A stretch of DNA of 34,902 nt, from contig NC_068992.1 of the NCBI RefSeq assembly GCF_001194135.2, forward strand, positions 19,291,649 through 19,326,550, in the 5' to 3' direction. Positions 33,307 through 34,902 of the stretch are shown one piece after another. The translations under genes were made by a program, and so were the position numbers. Within the stretch, counting starts at the first letter, position 1. Each line of letters begins with the position of its first letter. The DNA comes from Octopus bimaculoides (lineage: Eukaryota). The notes beneath the pieces were generated by a model, which saw nothing but the letters and a program-made list of their open reading frames with translations, did no database searches and had not been told where the DNA came from.

Positions 33307-34902
33307 CAAAAGTTAGACAGTCTGGGGGAAAATAGATGAAAACTGGTCGAATCTTAACGAACAGGAAAGAGAGACAAAAATACGATACAAGGGACATTCG
33401 CAGCTGTTTTTATCTTCAGTTTGTTTCAGAGACGTGTCAGTGGTTTCACGCTATCTGTAGAAAACTCGGCTGAGAAGTATAAATATAAAAATCATAGTAT
33501 GAAATACGTTGCAAACTTAGTTTCAATCTGCAGATTCTAGGTCATTTCCCCAACATACTTCTACTATGAAGCAATTTTTATAGAGATTAAGTTAGTTTAT
33601 AATGTGTTATTTCTTATATCCACTATTCTGGATTACATTATTTCTGCTGCATTATCCTTTATGCGTTATTAACTCATTTCTCTGCATTGGAATGTAATAA
33701 ATATACAAAATAAAATAACTACACAATACATGTTGGGTAGTTCCTTGAACATTTTGCGACACCGGCATGTCAATTTTCCTACTGAACAAGAACATTTCAC
33801 TCTGCCGATAATCCGGCATTCATATCTGAGAAACCACATGCACAGATCTATGCGCTGCAAATTTTTCTCTTCATTTGGCATTTTGAGATCAGCCAGAAGC
33901 CAAACCAATTCTATAAAAGTTTGCTTCAGCGCAGCATAGCATAGCAAGTGAACTTTCTAGTACAACACTACAGGTAAAGAAATCCATATCATAACATCGT
34001 GATATATTATCGTCCACGGAAAAATATGTACCATATCATATTGGCTCTATTTTTGTGTATATTCACCGTATGTAAAAATGTATTTCAATCAGTCGAAGAT
34101 AAGCTGACGCCTTTGCACTTCTGTCCTGTCCAAAGTCAAATTAAACATTGTATAGCTCAAGTTTCTCCATTTTGGGATACTTCTTTACAATTTATAAACA
34201 TTCGTAAATAAAAGTGAAACGTTTTGATCATGAATAAAATAATATATCAATTGACAATTAGAGAGTATATCTTTTTAAGTAAATGTCATATTTTTAAAGC
34301 TCCAGTTCATTTTTGATGGCAAAGCCCTGTTACGGTGCCAGAATAGCCTTACTTTATTTTCGAAGGAAATTGTATCCAGAACTACATTAATTTTCAGACA
34401 TACAATCCCTATCAAGTCAATATGGAGTGAAATGTTCGGAATAACTTCAATGTTGAGCGGCTTAGCTTCAAATGTTACGAGTTAAATTTCAAATGTGAAA
34501 CCGCATCACGATCTCCAACCATCTTGTGTTTTTATTCAAATATCTAGAACGCAATATGGTGGAGGAATTTTGTACCGTATATACTATAGTAAGGTTCTAT
34601 TCCCAGGCGTAGAAATTCATTTACAAGTCATATTATGAATAAAATTTCGCAGATAATAAAATGTACCAAAAGGCATGTACACTTCTAGAGTCATATCTAC
34701 CTACGTCCCGAAATGATTTTGCGGACTATATCTTGGATCATTTAATAATTTTAATACTTATAATTTGTAAAACACTCTAGATCGAAATTTCAGTTGAGAT
34801 TTCACGCTTGTATTATCTTTTTCATAATCTGTTTTGAAAGGAGGTGAAAAAAGTACATCTTTCCTTCGTTTTGCGTTTCTAAATTTTCAAATATATATTT
34901 AT

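Noticed and set aside
1-34902. CRISPR arrays, operons or prokaryotic defence systems
   Set aside because: No repeat-spacer arrays or dense coding; the sequence is eukaryotic and repeat-dominated.

Overview
AT-rich, microsatellite-dense eukaryotic genomic DNA from a gapped draft assembly (9 N-gaps, nearly all bordered by simple repeats). The repeat families resemble those I associate with octopus (coleoid cephalopod) genomes; this is recognition from memory, not a database result. No complete protein-coding gene can be identified. Most long ORFs in the supplied track are artefacts of N-runs or microsatellites. The supportable content is mainly retroelements: about 10 copies or fragments of a tRNA-derived SINE, a second (TG)n-headed SINE, 3' remnants of CR1-, RTE-, Penelope- and R4/Dong-type elements, and a ~1.7 kb L1/Tx1-type element with a CCHC zinc-knuckle ORF1 and a 3' end but no ORF2. 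The strongest observation is that this ORF1-only element shares its 3' tail with one SINE copy in the same window, suggesting a LINE/half-LINE/SINE parasitic set. Other points are closely spaced inverted SINE pairs (possible ADAR substrates), retroelements nested in an (AAT)n microsatellite, and a possible E2F/TATA promoter upstream of weak plus-strand exon candidates. All exon calls rest on splice signals and phase only and are low confidence.
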